Positions 17,578 to 26,126 of a DNA stretch of 64,000 bases are shown in pieces; the first letter of the stretch is position 1, and each line of letters begins with the position of its first letter. A model generated the notes under the pieces. It saw only the letters and a program-made list of their open reading frames with translations. It made no database searches and was not told where the DNA came from. The position numbers and the translations under genes are program-made. This stretch comes from Nanobdellota archaeon. GTDB taxonomy: Archaea > Nanobdellota > Nanobdellia > Parvarchaeales > Parvarchaeaceae. The DNA is taken from assembly GCA_021807085.1 (NCBI GenBank), contig JAKAPM010000002.1, positions 9,125 to 73,124 on the forward strand, written 5' to 3'.

Positions 17578-18009
17578 TCATACCGACACAGAACCCTTGG
17601 CCGCTATCGTGGGCGGTGAGGATATGTTCATCGGGGTGTAATATATGTAGACCAGCCCGGAAAAATGTGATGTGGCGGTATAGGTTATGTTGCATTCGTA
17701 GTAGGCAAGAGTCTGCAAGTACCCGCCCCCGCACCCGGTATAGTTCTGGGAGCCGATTATCAGCGACACTGCGTCGATTTTTACGTTCTCGTTGAGTAGG
17801 TTTTGGACCTTCATGTAGAATATGCTGGACGGGGCGTAGTAACCTATTGCGATCACGTCGAAACCCTGCAGTCCGGAATAGGTTGCGGAAGTCGAGGCCT
17901 GTGAGAAGGTGGGGAAGAACGTAAGTACGAGCGAGACTGCGAGGATTATCGCCACCACCGCCAGCCCGTAGATAATGGCTATCTCCAGCGACATCTGCGC
18001 GCGCATCAT
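17578..18009 (-). CDS. type IV pilin-like protein with class III signal peptide (143 aa)
   Basis: MMRA|QMSLEIAIIYGLAVVAIILAVSLVLTFF: [KR][GA] then Q with a hydrophobic helix. Ser/Thr/Tyr-rich mature domain. The overlapping ORF 17567..18013 in another frame is rejected. Confidence 0.7.
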   Translation of the reverse strand: MMRAQMSLEIAIIYGLAVVAIILAVSLVLTFFPTFSQASTSATYSGLQGFDVIAIGYYAPSSIFYMKVQNLLNENVKIDAVSLIIGSQNYTGCGGGYLQTLAYYECNITYTATSHFSGLVYIYYTPMNISSPPTIAAKGSVSV

Positions 18010-18043
18010 ACAAAGGAGTTGGCTCCCATAGGATATTAATCTA

Positions 18044-18114
18044 AGCCTCCAGAGGGAGTTGAACCCTCGTCTCCTGCTTACGAAGCAGATGCTCTACCGC
18101 TGAGCTATGGAGGC
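18044..18114 (-). tRNA. tRNA-Thr (anticodon CGU)
   Basis: Folded manually: acceptor GCCTCCA/TGGAGGC, D-arm GCTC-AGCGGTA-GAGC, anticodon stem TCTGC/GCAGG with loop TTCGTAA, T-arm GAGGG-TTCAACT-CCCTC. No encoded CCA. Confidence 0.8.
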
Positions 18115-18123
18115 GACTATCTA

Positions 18124-18294
18124 AACCCTACGTTCTTCCGTGTTCTTTTCTTGTATTCGCCATCGCTTATTATATGTTTTCTAGCTTCGAAACTCTTGCC
18201 GCAGAAGAAGCATTTGACCTGTCCGAGCGAAGATGTGCGCCTGAAGTTGCCGCAGTTCGGACACCTGACCATCCTCACCGGCATAGTATCATTC
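18124..18294 (-). CDS. small zinc-ribbon protein (56 aa)
   Basis: MPVRMVRCPNCGNFRRTSSLGQVKCFFCGKSFEARKHIISDGEYKKRTRKNVGFR; C-x2-C...C-x2-C. Not in the ORF track (under 60 aa). Function unknown. Confidence 0.45.
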
Positions 18295-19011
18295 CCCGAC
18301 CAGAGATCCGGCCAGCTCGAAAAATGCCCTGGAAGAGGCTAGTTTCCTGTCCCAAAGAACCACCGGCAGACCCTGTTTCAGGGCGGAGTATAGGGACTTG
18401 TCTTCGGGGACTATCCACGTGTTGCTTATTCCAGTTATTTCGGATGCTTCCCTCTCGCCTACTCTGTCCCTGATTCTCCTGTCGTACCTGTTCATCACCA
18501 GCCCCAGGACGTTCACGCCGCTGCTCCTGAGTTCGTCGTTCAGCTTCCTCGCTTCTATCATCGCGGTTATCTCCGGGACTGAAACTATTATGGCGCTGAT
18601 GCCGCGTATCGCCTTGACGAAGTCGACGTCGTACGACGGCTTTGAGTCTATTATTATGAAATCGTAGTTTCTCTCCACTTTCTGTATCTGGTAGAACAGG
18701 TTTATTATCTTGTACCTCGCGTTGCCGTCGCCCCTCCCCTTGAACACCCTGGACGGGAGGATGTGCAGGTTGTTCACGTCTGTCTTGTATATGGCGTATT
18801 CGACCGGCACGGAGCTGTTGAACACGTCCTCCAGAGAATATTTATACCCGACGAAGCCGAAATATATCGCCACGTGCGGCGTCTCTAGATTCGCGTCTAT
18901 TATCAGAGTCTTCTTTCCCAGCGATGCCAGCGTCGCGGCGATGTTGACCGACGTGGTCGTCTTGCCGACCCCTCCCTTCGGGCTCATGACAGCTATAACT
19001 TTGGCTACCAT
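18289..19011 (-). CDS. ParA/MinD-family P-loop ATPase
   Basis: 240 aa. Deviant Walker A SPKGGVGKTTTSVN, and Walker B IIIDSKP. Confidence 0.8.
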   Translation of the reverse strand: MVAKVIAVMSPKGGVGKTTTSVNIAATLASLGKKTLIIDANLETPHVAIYFGFVGYKYSLEDVFNSSVPVEYAIYKTDVNNLHILPSRVFKGRGDGNARYKIINLFYQIQKVERNYDFIIIDSKPSYDVDFVKAIRGISAIIVSVPEITAMIEARKLNDELRSSGVNVLGLVMNRYDRRIRDRVGEREASEITGISNTWIVPEDKSLYSALKQGLPVVLWDRKLASSRAFFELAGSLVGE

Positions 19012-19085
19012 ACGATACAGTTTATATGCACGCCGCCATATATTTATTTATATCTGGGTGCGTACGGCGTACCCTTACATGTATG

Positions 19086-19604
19086 GACCAAAAAACGTGC
19101 AAGGTTTGCGGAAATGGCGCGGATTTCTACTCGCCGTACCTGAAAAAGTACCTGTGCAGGAAACACTTCGAGAAGATGATAATAAGGAGGCTCAGCAAGA
19201 TAGTCACGTCCGAGGGGATGAAGAGCAAGGGTTACAGGCTGGACGACGACGGCTCTGACGCGCACAGGCTGCTCGCCTTCGTCTTCAAGGAGGACAAAGG
19301 ATCTGGGGTCAGGCTGAGCAATCTGACGATGGAAGACTTCGCCCTGGAGACTATGAAGTATTTCACGGACAAGAGATACCGGCCTCGAGTGAGGATATCG
19401 ACCAAAACGTCGGTCAGTCCGCTCTACACGACATCTGAGGGTGAGATAAGGGATTTCCTAGCCGCAAAGAACATCGTGTCCGCAGGGAGAAAAAGGGACG
19501 CGGAGGACGAATGGCTCCTAAATTTTATAAGGGGATTCGAGGAGAGGCGCCCCGGCGGGATGATATCACTGGTCAGGATCGGGAACGAGCTCGAAATAAT
19601 CTGA
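19086..19604 (+). CDS. zinc-finger protein, TtuA/NcsA N-terminus-like but lacking the PP-loop
   Basis: Likely start MDQKTCKVCGN (the ORF track begins at 19026). CKVCG...LCRKHF zinc-finger arrangement as at the TtuA N-terminus, but no SGGKDS motif. 173 aa. Confidence 0.45.
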   Translation, partial: DQKTCKVCGNGADFYSPYLKKYLCRKHFEKMIIRRLSKIVTSEGMKSKGYRLDDDGSDAHRLLAFVFKEDKGSGVRLSNLTMEDFALETMKYFTDKRYRPRVRISTKTSVSPLYTTSEGEIRDFLAAKNIVSAGRKRDAEDEWLLNFIRGFEERRPGGMISLVRIGNELEII

Positions 19605-19611
19605 CGGTCCG

Positions 19612-19863
19612 TCACTTCCTGATGAGTGTGTAATACTTTTTGCGGGCGGTCTCGCCCCAGCTGAACCTCCCGTTTTCGGTGGATTCCTCCACCGCCAGCC
19701 TGCCCTCTTCCACACCCATACGCAGGTAGTGATATACTAGCCTTGCGCTCAGGTGGTGGTATCTGCCCTTTATGCTCTTGTATATATCATAGCCGGTCAG
19801 CCTCTTCCCCTCCAGCGTCGCAAGTATGTTGTTGTACAATTCAGCGTTTATCTTCTTTGCCAT
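19612..19863 (-). CDS. PadR-like winged-helix transcriptional regulator
   Basis: Probable start MAKKINAELYNNILATLEGKRLTGYDIYKSIKG...YHYLRMGVEEGRL...KKYYTLIRK (84 aa); PadR-type wHTH pattern. The N-terminal extension in the tracker ORF is probably not translated. Confidence 0.55.
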   Translation of the reverse strand: MAKKINAELYNNILATLEGKRLTGYDIYKSIKGRYHHLSARLVYHYLRMGVEEGRLAVEESTENGRFSWGETARKKYYTLIRK

Positions 19864-19864
19864 A

Positions 19865-20392
19865 TCAACCGCACTGCGGGGCGCTGCTATTGATGGACAG
19901 ACATATGTACCGCAGTATCTCGTTATCCGCGGCTGTCGCGTTTGTGAATCCACCTATCTTGTAATATTCCCCATTGAACACTATCAACGGGACCCTTCCC
20001 TGGGACAGCTGGTCGAACAGATTCATTGCGGACAGAGGGGCGTCGACCGAAGACGCGTTTTGGTTGTAAGCGCTGACGTTGAACTTCCACGCGCAGAAAT
20101 ATCCGCTGTAGAACCTGTCTCCAGTCCACAGGCCAAAAAGGGAGGTGGTATTCACGAACGACCCTATCTCGGTGTACGTGGAGGTTGTGTTGGGTCCGTA
20201 GAACAGAACCACGGAAGGCTCGCCGCCGTTGCACAGATACGATACGTTGATGTCTGCCGAGTGGAAAGCGTAGAGCGAATCGAAATAGTCCACCCTATCC
20301 ACCAGAAAAACAGTGACAACGACGATGAACACGGCGAACGCGGCGTAGGCGTACATCAGTTTTCTGCCCCTAACCGACGTAGAACGACGCAT
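19865..20392 (-). CDS. membrane-anchored extracellular protein (175 aa)
   Basis: Basic N-terminus then TM anchor, MRRSTSVRGRKLMYAYAAFAVFIVVVTVFLV. N-glycosylation sequons. Overlaps the upstream gene by 23 nt. Confidence 0.55.
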   Translation of the reverse strand: MRRSTSVRGRKLMYAYAAFAVFIVVVTVFLVDRVDYFDSLYAFHSADINVSYLCNGGEPSVVLFYGPNTTSTYTEIGSFVNTTSLFGLWTGDRFYSGYFCAWKFNVSAYNQNASSVDAPLSAMNLFDQLSQGRVPLIVFNGEYYKIGGFTNATAADNEILRYICLSINSSAPQCG

Positions 20393-21260
20393 TTATAGCC
20401 TCCATCTCAGAACTGTTGCACGTATTGGTGGCGGTGACGGAACATATGTTGGTAACGTCCGCGCCAAGGCCGGAATACAGTGATGCATACACAGGATTTA
20501 GAAAAGCGCTCTCGTTCGTCACTATGTTGAATATATGAGCCGGCGAATCGCATGCTGTGGCGTTCAGGAGATGAAAGGTCCTGAACGTGAAGGGCCCGTA
20601 GAAGGACACATCGTTGGACACCACACTGCCATTGCCGAAGAGCATAGTATTCTGCCCCAGTTCCTTAAGGGATAAAATAGTGCCGATCATATTGGTCTCG
20701 TTGCCGAACTTCGTGGAGTTGACCAGTCTTGCATCGTATACCACAGGCGCAGCGCTGGGGAGACTGCTAAGGTTCGAAGCCAACAGCTCGCTGTAGAGGG
20801 AGTAGACCTCGAACGCGGTCTGGTTGTACATCTCTTCTATGTCGCTGGCGTTCAGCGTGGATATCAGTACAGACAGGTTGTCCCTGGCCCGTGCGCAGAT
20901 GCTTATATTGGCCACCTCGCACATCGACAGCAGGCCAGTGTCCTTGACGATGGAGGCATACTCGCTGCCGCTCGGTGTGCCGAAATATTGGGAGGGCAGC
21001 TGCGGAAACGCGGGAACTATCACGTAGTTGCAGCCGAACACGATGGAATTATTGACCTGGCTGCCGTAGAAGGCGTTCACCGAGGTTATGTTGGGTATGG
21101 AATATTCGCCAACGAATAGACTCTGCGCCAGCCTGTTCGCGTCCTGCTGGACCAGCAGACCGGACTTGTAGCTGTAGTTCACGTACATGAATGCTACTGC
21201 GACGGCAAGAAAGACCGCTACGGCGAACAGTGCAATCGTCAGGCTATTTATCTTTGCCAT
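20370..21260 (-). CDS. secreted/anchored Asn/Ser-rich glycoprotein-like protein (296 aa)
   Basis: MAKINSLTIALFAVAVFLAVAVAFMYV signal/anchor. Many N-x-S/T sequons. Confidence 0.55.
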   Translation of the reverse strand: MAKINSLTIALFAVAVFLAVAVAFMYVNYSYKSGLLVQQDANRLAQSLFVGEYSIPNITSVNAFYGSQVNNSIVFGCNYVIVPAFPQLPSQYFGTPSGSEYASIVKDTGLLSMCEVANISICARARDNLSVLISTLNASDIEEMYNQTAFEVYSLYSELLASNLSSLPSAAPVVYDARLVNSTKFGNETNMIGTILSLKELGQNTMLFGNGSVVSNDVSFYGPFTFRTFHLLNATACDSPAHIFNIVTNESAFLNPVYASLYSGLGADVTNICSVTATNTCNSSEMEAINASFYVG

Positions 21261-22050
21261 CGGAAAGTTTCCCCATAAACTCCTTGGCCAGAATCTCCGG
21301 TACCACGCCTATTTCGTTTATCCCAAGGAGTTCGAACACGTCCACAAGCCTGTTGTGCACTTCCACGTGAAAATGGCCGTCGCCGTACTCGAGCAGCGCG
21401 ATGGTGGTGTCCCCGCCCCCGATGTGCGCAACGACTTTCTTCAGAGTATCGGCCAAATCGAAAAGAGTCACCGGATCCAGATCCACTATCGAGGCGTGGC
21501 GCACCGGAGCTATGTTGACCTGCACATCCGAGACCGGGGCGAATGGAACGTACGCTGATATGGTCTCGGTGCGGTGAATCTCCCTGTTGCCGACCTTCTT
21601 CACGTAATCGCACTGGAAACAGTTCCTCTCTCCAGATTTTGGTATCGGCAGGGCCACCAGGTCGAAGACCCCGTGGCCACCGCTGTGCCTAGCGGCGCAT
21701 ATGTTTCCGCCTATGCCGTAACCTAGCACGTCCCTGACCCTGTTGCCCAGTATACTGAAAAGCTGCTCCACGTCCTCTATCGAGTATTCCTTAAACCTGT
21801 CCCCGTGCCCGGCTTGGTCCACTATTATCTCTTCGTAGCCGTGCGCGGCAGAGGACTTGAAGAACTGCCCCTCCAGCGCGTATTTTGACGGCTGGACCGC
21901 GTTCTTAAGCTCGTAAACCCTGGCGTAGTCTTTCTTGAAAGGGAAGGAGACGATGCTCTCTGATTTATTGGAACAGGCTGGGCATCCCTTCTCGGATTTG
22001 GCCACTATGCTGAATCCAAGCGTCTCCGGATTAAGCCTGAACTCCCCCAT
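21244..22050 (-). CDS. GalT-like HIT-family protein, short paralog (268 aa)
   Basis: CPACSNK metal site, HSGGHG, and HFHVEVH histidine triad-like motif. Immediately downstream of secD. Confidence 0.5.
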   Translation of the reverse strand: MGEFRLNPETLGFSIVAKSEKGCPACSNKSESIVSFPFKKDYARVYELKNAVQPSKYALEGQFFKSSAAHGYEEIIVDQAGHGDRFKEYSIEDVEQLFSILGNRVRDVLGYGIGGNICAARHSGGHGVFDLVALPIPKSGERNCFQCDYVKKVGNREIHRTETISAYVPFAPVSDVQVNIAPVRHASIVDLDPVTLFDLADTLKKVVAHIGGGDTTIALLEYGDGHFHVEVHNRLVDVFELLGINEIGVVPEILAKEFMGKLSDGKDK

Positions 22051-22051
22051 A

Positions 22052-23632
22052 CTAACCCTCCAGCGCGCCGACTATCCTGGCGAAGGCCGGCCTGGTTATC
22101 AGCAGCCCTATCAGGGATGCGAGTATGGTGGTTATCGCGAACCCGGAGAACAGGGACGCGGTAGAGAAAAGAAGCGGGAACATTATCGCAGCGAACGAGA
22201 AGAACGATACAAATATTATGAAGAACGCCCTGCTTATCCTCTTCTTGGTCACCGTGTACTCCGCCTGCGCGGATCCCCTGCGTATTTCGTCGGTTATTAT
22301 TATCTGGTCGTCGACGGATATCCCTATGCTGGCGATTATACCGGCCATGCTCGGTATGTCCAGGGTCCAGTGTATCGCCGCTGCTACGCCTATGACTATG
22401 AATATCTCCGCTATGCTGGTCATGAGTATAAGCGAGGACACCCTGTAATCCATGTACCTCAGGAATATCACTATGCTTACTACCACGAAAGCGACCAGGA
22501 GTAGTATGTATATCTGGCTCAGGAACTGCGAACCGCTTGCGGGGGATATTGAGTTTATTGAGATTATCTTTACCGGCACTGGGAGGCTGCCGCTCTGGAA
22601 GACGGCCTGCAGCGTCTTCATGTCGAACAGAGACTGCTGGGCGTTCGTGCCGCCGCCCTGTATCTGTATCGCGCCGTTGAAGTTGCTGAGTATGCCGACG
22701 GATATAAGGAGGGGCGAACCCTGCTGCTTCCCGTTCAGGTAAAGATATATGGATTCGTTGTAGTAGCCTGGGTTGGCTGTGGATGTCTTAAGGCTGCCGA
22801 CCGCGTTCTGGAAGTTTATAGCCGCCTGGCTTGCAAGCTGTATGCCGAACTGGAACTGGTAGTTGTTTGACGCAGAAGGGGTCTGGTACTGCCCGTACGG
22901 ACAGCCGGAGGAGAGGCACACGTGCAGTATGCTCTCGTTTTTTACGCTGCTGTTGAAGACGGTCTTGTTGCCTATAGTCGCGTAGAAACTTCCCTGGTTC
23001 TGGATGAGGGACAGCGCCTGGCTCTCGCCTATGCTCGGCATGCTTATCTGTATAAACGGCAATCCCGACAGGGTGTTAACCTGCGTTACAGAAACCCCGC
23101 TTATCCCGTATACGTCTAGCCTCTTGGATATTACCTGTTCCAGGTCGCTCACTACCGATGAGTTGTAGCTGGTGCTGTTGGGCGCGACGGATATCTGCGT
23201 TCCTCCGACTATGTCGAGACCGTAGTTGAGGTGTGTCGAGGGTATACCCTCCACCTGTATAGTGCTGGAATTGAAGACCGCGCCGGGTATGACCAGGACG
23301 GTAGCCGTATGCTGTTCGTAAATGTACGGGAACACTTCCTGTTCGTAGCCTATGGATAGGGTGCCGTTTACCACCGCCGTCCGGTTAAGGACCGAGTAGA
23401 ACTGCTGCACTGATGTCACAGGTACAGAATTCAGCGAGGTTATTATCGAGCCAGCGGAGAGACCCACCACCCCCCTCGCGCTGAGATTGCCTATGTACGA
23501 ATTTACGGGCATGTAGAGCACCTGCACCCCGCTTATGCCGGTCAGGTTCGGCTGCACGGCTAGAAAGGCGAATACGACGGCGATTATAAGGACGATGACC
23601 CTCCAGTCCTTGAATATCTTTTTTACGGCCAT
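22052..23632 (-). CDS. secD: protein-export membrane protein SecD
   Basis: 526 aa. N-terminal TM, a large periplasmic-type domain, and a C-terminal block of six TM helices (LILMTSIAEIFIVIGVAAAIHWTLDIPSMAGIIASIGISVDDQII). Confidence 0.8.
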   Translation of the reverse strand: MAVKKIFKDWRVIVLIIAVVFAFLAVQPNLTGISGVQVLYMPVNSYIGNLSARGVVGLSAGSIITSLNSVPVTSVQQFYSVLNRTAVVNGTLSIGYEQEVFPYIYEQHTATVLVIPGAVFNSSTIQVEGIPSTHLNYGLDIVGGTQISVAPNSTSYNSSVVSDLEQVISKRLDVYGISGVSVTQVNTLSGLPFIQISMPSIGESQALSLIQNQGSFYATIGNKTVFNSSVKNESILHVCLSSGCPYGQYQTPSASNNYQFQFGIQLASQAAINFQNAVGSLKTSTANPGYYNESIYLYLNGKQQGSPLLISVGILSNFNGAIQIQGGGTNAQQSLFDMKTLQAVFQSGSLPVPVKIISINSISPASGSQFLSQIYILLLVAFVVVSIVIFLRYMDYRVSSLILMTSIAEIFIVIGVAAAIHWTLDIPSMAGIIASIGISVDDQIIITDEIRRGSAQAEYTVTKKRISRAFFIIFVSFFSFAAIMFPLLFSTASLFSGFAITTILASLIGLLITRPAFARIVGALEG

Positions 23633-23634
23633 GC

Positions 23635-24555
23635 TCAGGAATTCGCCTCCTTATACTTAAGCCCGAAGAGCTGGGTGGATCCGTTCAGTATCCATACCGT
23701 GAAATCGTCGAATATCACGCCCACTATAAGTATTATGGCTATACTGTGTATCGTGGAATTAGAAGTGCCGAAGAACAGGACCAGGAAGGTGGCGAGGGCT
23801 GCAGCGTCCATGGTCAGCGAAGTCTTTATCGTGTGTACCAGCCTGTATTTCATGGTAGCCTCCTTCCTCTTCAGGATGTTGGTGGCGAGTATTATGTTCC
23901 TGTCGGCGGAATAGCCCATTATCATCAGTATACCTGCTATCGACGCGGTGGAGAAGCTGAAACCGATTATGTCGAGGACACCTATTATGTTTATTATGTC
24001 GCTTATTATGCTGACCACGTTGGAGAAGGCCTGCCACGCGTTCCTGAAGTAGAACAACGAGACAAGCGCGACTAGCACGAAGGCCACTCCGAGCAGTATG
24101 AAGGAGCTGTACAGCTGGTTCTGCGCAAGGCTGGCGCTTATGAACGTAACGCTCGAATCGCTGCTGTTTATTGGTATCCCGAGGGCGGACGAAACTGCGT
24201 CCTGCAGGTCGGTTTCGTTGACTGTGCTGAGGGTGGTTATGGAGTACCCGGATATAGTGTTGGAGAACGGTGTACGCACCACCGTCACGGTCACGGGCGC
24301 GCTGATGGAGCTGCTGACAAGGCTGGAGACCTGCTCCGGGTTCACGGATATGTGCGTGTTGACGCTGAGCGATGTACCGCCGGCTAGGGATATATCCTCT
24401 TTGAAGAACTGCCCGTGTGTGTAATAATAATAGCCTATGAAGGCGCTGAAGAAGACTATGAAAGCTATCGGCAGGAATACCATCTTCTTGTAGTTCCTTA
24501 CGTAGTATTCTACGATTCTGTCTATGGCCGCGCTTATGTCCCCCCTTATACCCAT
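23635..24555 (-). CDS. secF: protein-export membrane protein SecF
   Basis: 306 aa. Same fold organisation as SecD's C-terminal half. Adjacent to and co-oriented with secD. Confidence 0.8.
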   Translation of the reverse strand: MGIRGDISAAIDRIVEYYVRNYKKMVFLPIAFIVFFSAFIGYYYYTHGQFFKEDISLAGGTSLSVNTHISVNPEQVSSLVSSSISAPVTVTVVRTPFSNTISGYSITTLSTVNETDLQDAVSSALGIPINSSDSSVTFISASLAQNQLYSSFILLGVAFVLVALVSLFYFRNAWQAFSNVVSIISDIINIIGVLDIIGFSFSTASIAGILMIMGYSADRNIILATNILKRKEATMKYRLVHTIKTSLTMDAAALATFLVLFFGTSNSTIHSIAIILIVGVIFDDFTVWILNGSTQLFGLKYKEANS

Positions 24556-24614
24556 AAATATAGATTATATACAAACCTTGTTCTATAAATAATCTAACTA
24601 TCAGAAATGACCGC

Positions 24615-25361
24615 TTAAATAGGTTTTTTGCCGCCGGATTTCATCGGCACGGACAGGTATATGGAATCCAGGTCCATGCTGCCGAACTCTGAACGGAGCG
24701 AATATAGGGTCCTCTCCATAGGGGATACCCACGCCGATTTCATGGATTCGTTGTAGTTTGTCAGCAGCGTTTTGTCGTCCGCGTTCCTGCAGTAGTCGAA
24801 AAGGTTGCCCGTGACCACGTAGAGATTGTGCACATTCGCGCCGTCTATCGACAATCCTGAGAGCTGGTTTCTCGCGATTTCTATGGAATCGTCGAGGTAA
24901 GGCTGCTGCATGTACCTCCCGTCTATCGCCACGGAAAAACGCACCTCGTCCACGCCGCTCAGGTGGGTGTAGAGGTGGCTGTGTTTCCTGCGCCCGTGGA
25001 ACTTGGAATCGTCGTAGCTGAGTATACCGCCGACTATCTCGCCCTTTTTCATTATGTTCTTGACCCTTCGCCTTATGTTGGATACGTGTATGGTCTCCAC
25101 CTCGACTATCTCGTATATGGACCTGCCGTTCTCCACATACTTCAACACAAGGTCCGCAGCCCACCTGGCTTCTGAGCTCTTGGTGCTGTTTTTACCCGGT
25201 TTCTCCGCATACGGCAGGTAGAATTCGCCCCTTGCGAAGTATATATCGTGCTTGTTCCCTAGGTAGGAAAAGGTGGAAAACTGCATCATTTTGTGGTATA
25301 TCATAGGGGTGCCCTTCACAAGATCCCCTATCAAAATGGAATCCAACCCGTCGGATTTCAT
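24615..25361 (-). CDS. hypothetical protein (248 aa)
   Basis: ORF with ordinary composition and no recognisable motif. Confidence 0.5.
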   Translation of the reverse strand: MKSDGLDSILIGDLVKGTPMIYHKMMQFSTFSYLGNKHDIYFARGEFYLPYAEKPGKNSTKSSEARWAADLVLKYVENGRSIYEIVEVETIHVSNIRRRVKNIMKKGEIVGGILSYDDSKFHGRRKHSHLYTHLSGVDEVRFSVAIDGRYMQQPYLDDSIEIARNQLSGLSIDGANVHNLYVVTGNLFDYCRNADDKTLLTNYNESMKSAWVSPMERTLYSLRSEFGSMDLDSIYLSVPMKSGGKKPI

Positions 25362-25412
25362 AGTTATTTAAGATGCGGTATAGTATAAAATGGTATCGGG
25401 CTTAGAAATGTT

Positions 25413-26075
25413 ATGAGGGCGCAGTTTTCCTTCGAATTCGTCGTAGATGTAGCCCTTGCACTGGTCATCATAGGGTTCATAGTGGCCTTCTTTTCCTCCA
25501 TAACCACTAACAATACAGCCGCAGGGGATATGAACGGGATATGCAGTCTAATAGCCGATTCTGTGAACTCGGTCGTGAATTCCGGCGGCCTGTCCGCAAC
25601 GGTTTACCTTCCGCTGCAGAATATGACCGCAGCGGCTAATTACACGATAAACGTCTCAAACGGGGTCATAATAGTATACGCTTACTTCAACAAGAAGATA
25701 CCCGCGAAGTTCCTGTCCGGGACAAACGTCGTATCCTGCGGAGCCAACACCCGCGCCACGGCCAACGAATCGTTCGAACCTGCCAACCTGGTGCTGTACG
25801 CCAACTACAGCGACGTGGCTATAGGGTACGTGTACGCCAACTACAGCGCCAACTATTACCCATACTTCGTCTACGTCGGCGGATTCTACGGGAAGGCTAC
25901 TCTATACCTCCAGTATTCGAACGGCACCCTGCTGAAGCTTATGGACGCCACTTCCCCCTATATATACAACGCCAACGTAGGCCTTCCGATACTGACTACG
26001 GGCGAGTACACGCTGCTTGTGGAGGCGGACAACAACACAGCTCTGAGTGCCAGTCAGAGTTTCACGCTCGCTTAA
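25413..26075 (+). CDS. type IV pilin-like protein with class III signal peptide (220 aa)
   Basis: MRA|QFSFEFVVDVALALVIIGFIVAFF. Mature domain is Asn/Tyr/Ala-rich. Confidence 0.7.
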   Translation: MRAQFSFEFVVDVALALVIIGFIVAFFSSITTNNTAAGDMNGICSLIADSVNSVVNSGGLSATVYLPLQNMTAAANYTINVSNGVIIVYAYFNKKIPAKFLSGTNVVSCGANTRATANESFEPANLVLYANYSDVAIGYVYANYSANYYPYFVYVGGFYGKATLYLQYSNGTLLKLMDATSPYIYNANVGLPILTTGEYTLLVEADNNTALSASQSFTLA

Positions 26076-26126
26076 GGCATTTTCGGGTAAAAGTATACTT
26101 AAATAGAACAAAAAGGTTAATAGAAT

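Noticed and set aside
17567-18013. 148-aa ORF in alternative frame overlapping the pilin gene
   Set aside because: The Arg-rich, high-GC third-frame artefact is rejected. The 17578..18009 frame encodes a textbook class III pilin.
23759-25164. Arg/His-rich minus-strand ORFs (271 aa and 187 aa)
   Set aside because: They are alternative frames of the SecF gene and the 248-aa ORF, with extreme Arg/His/Gln composition typical of out-of-frame translation.
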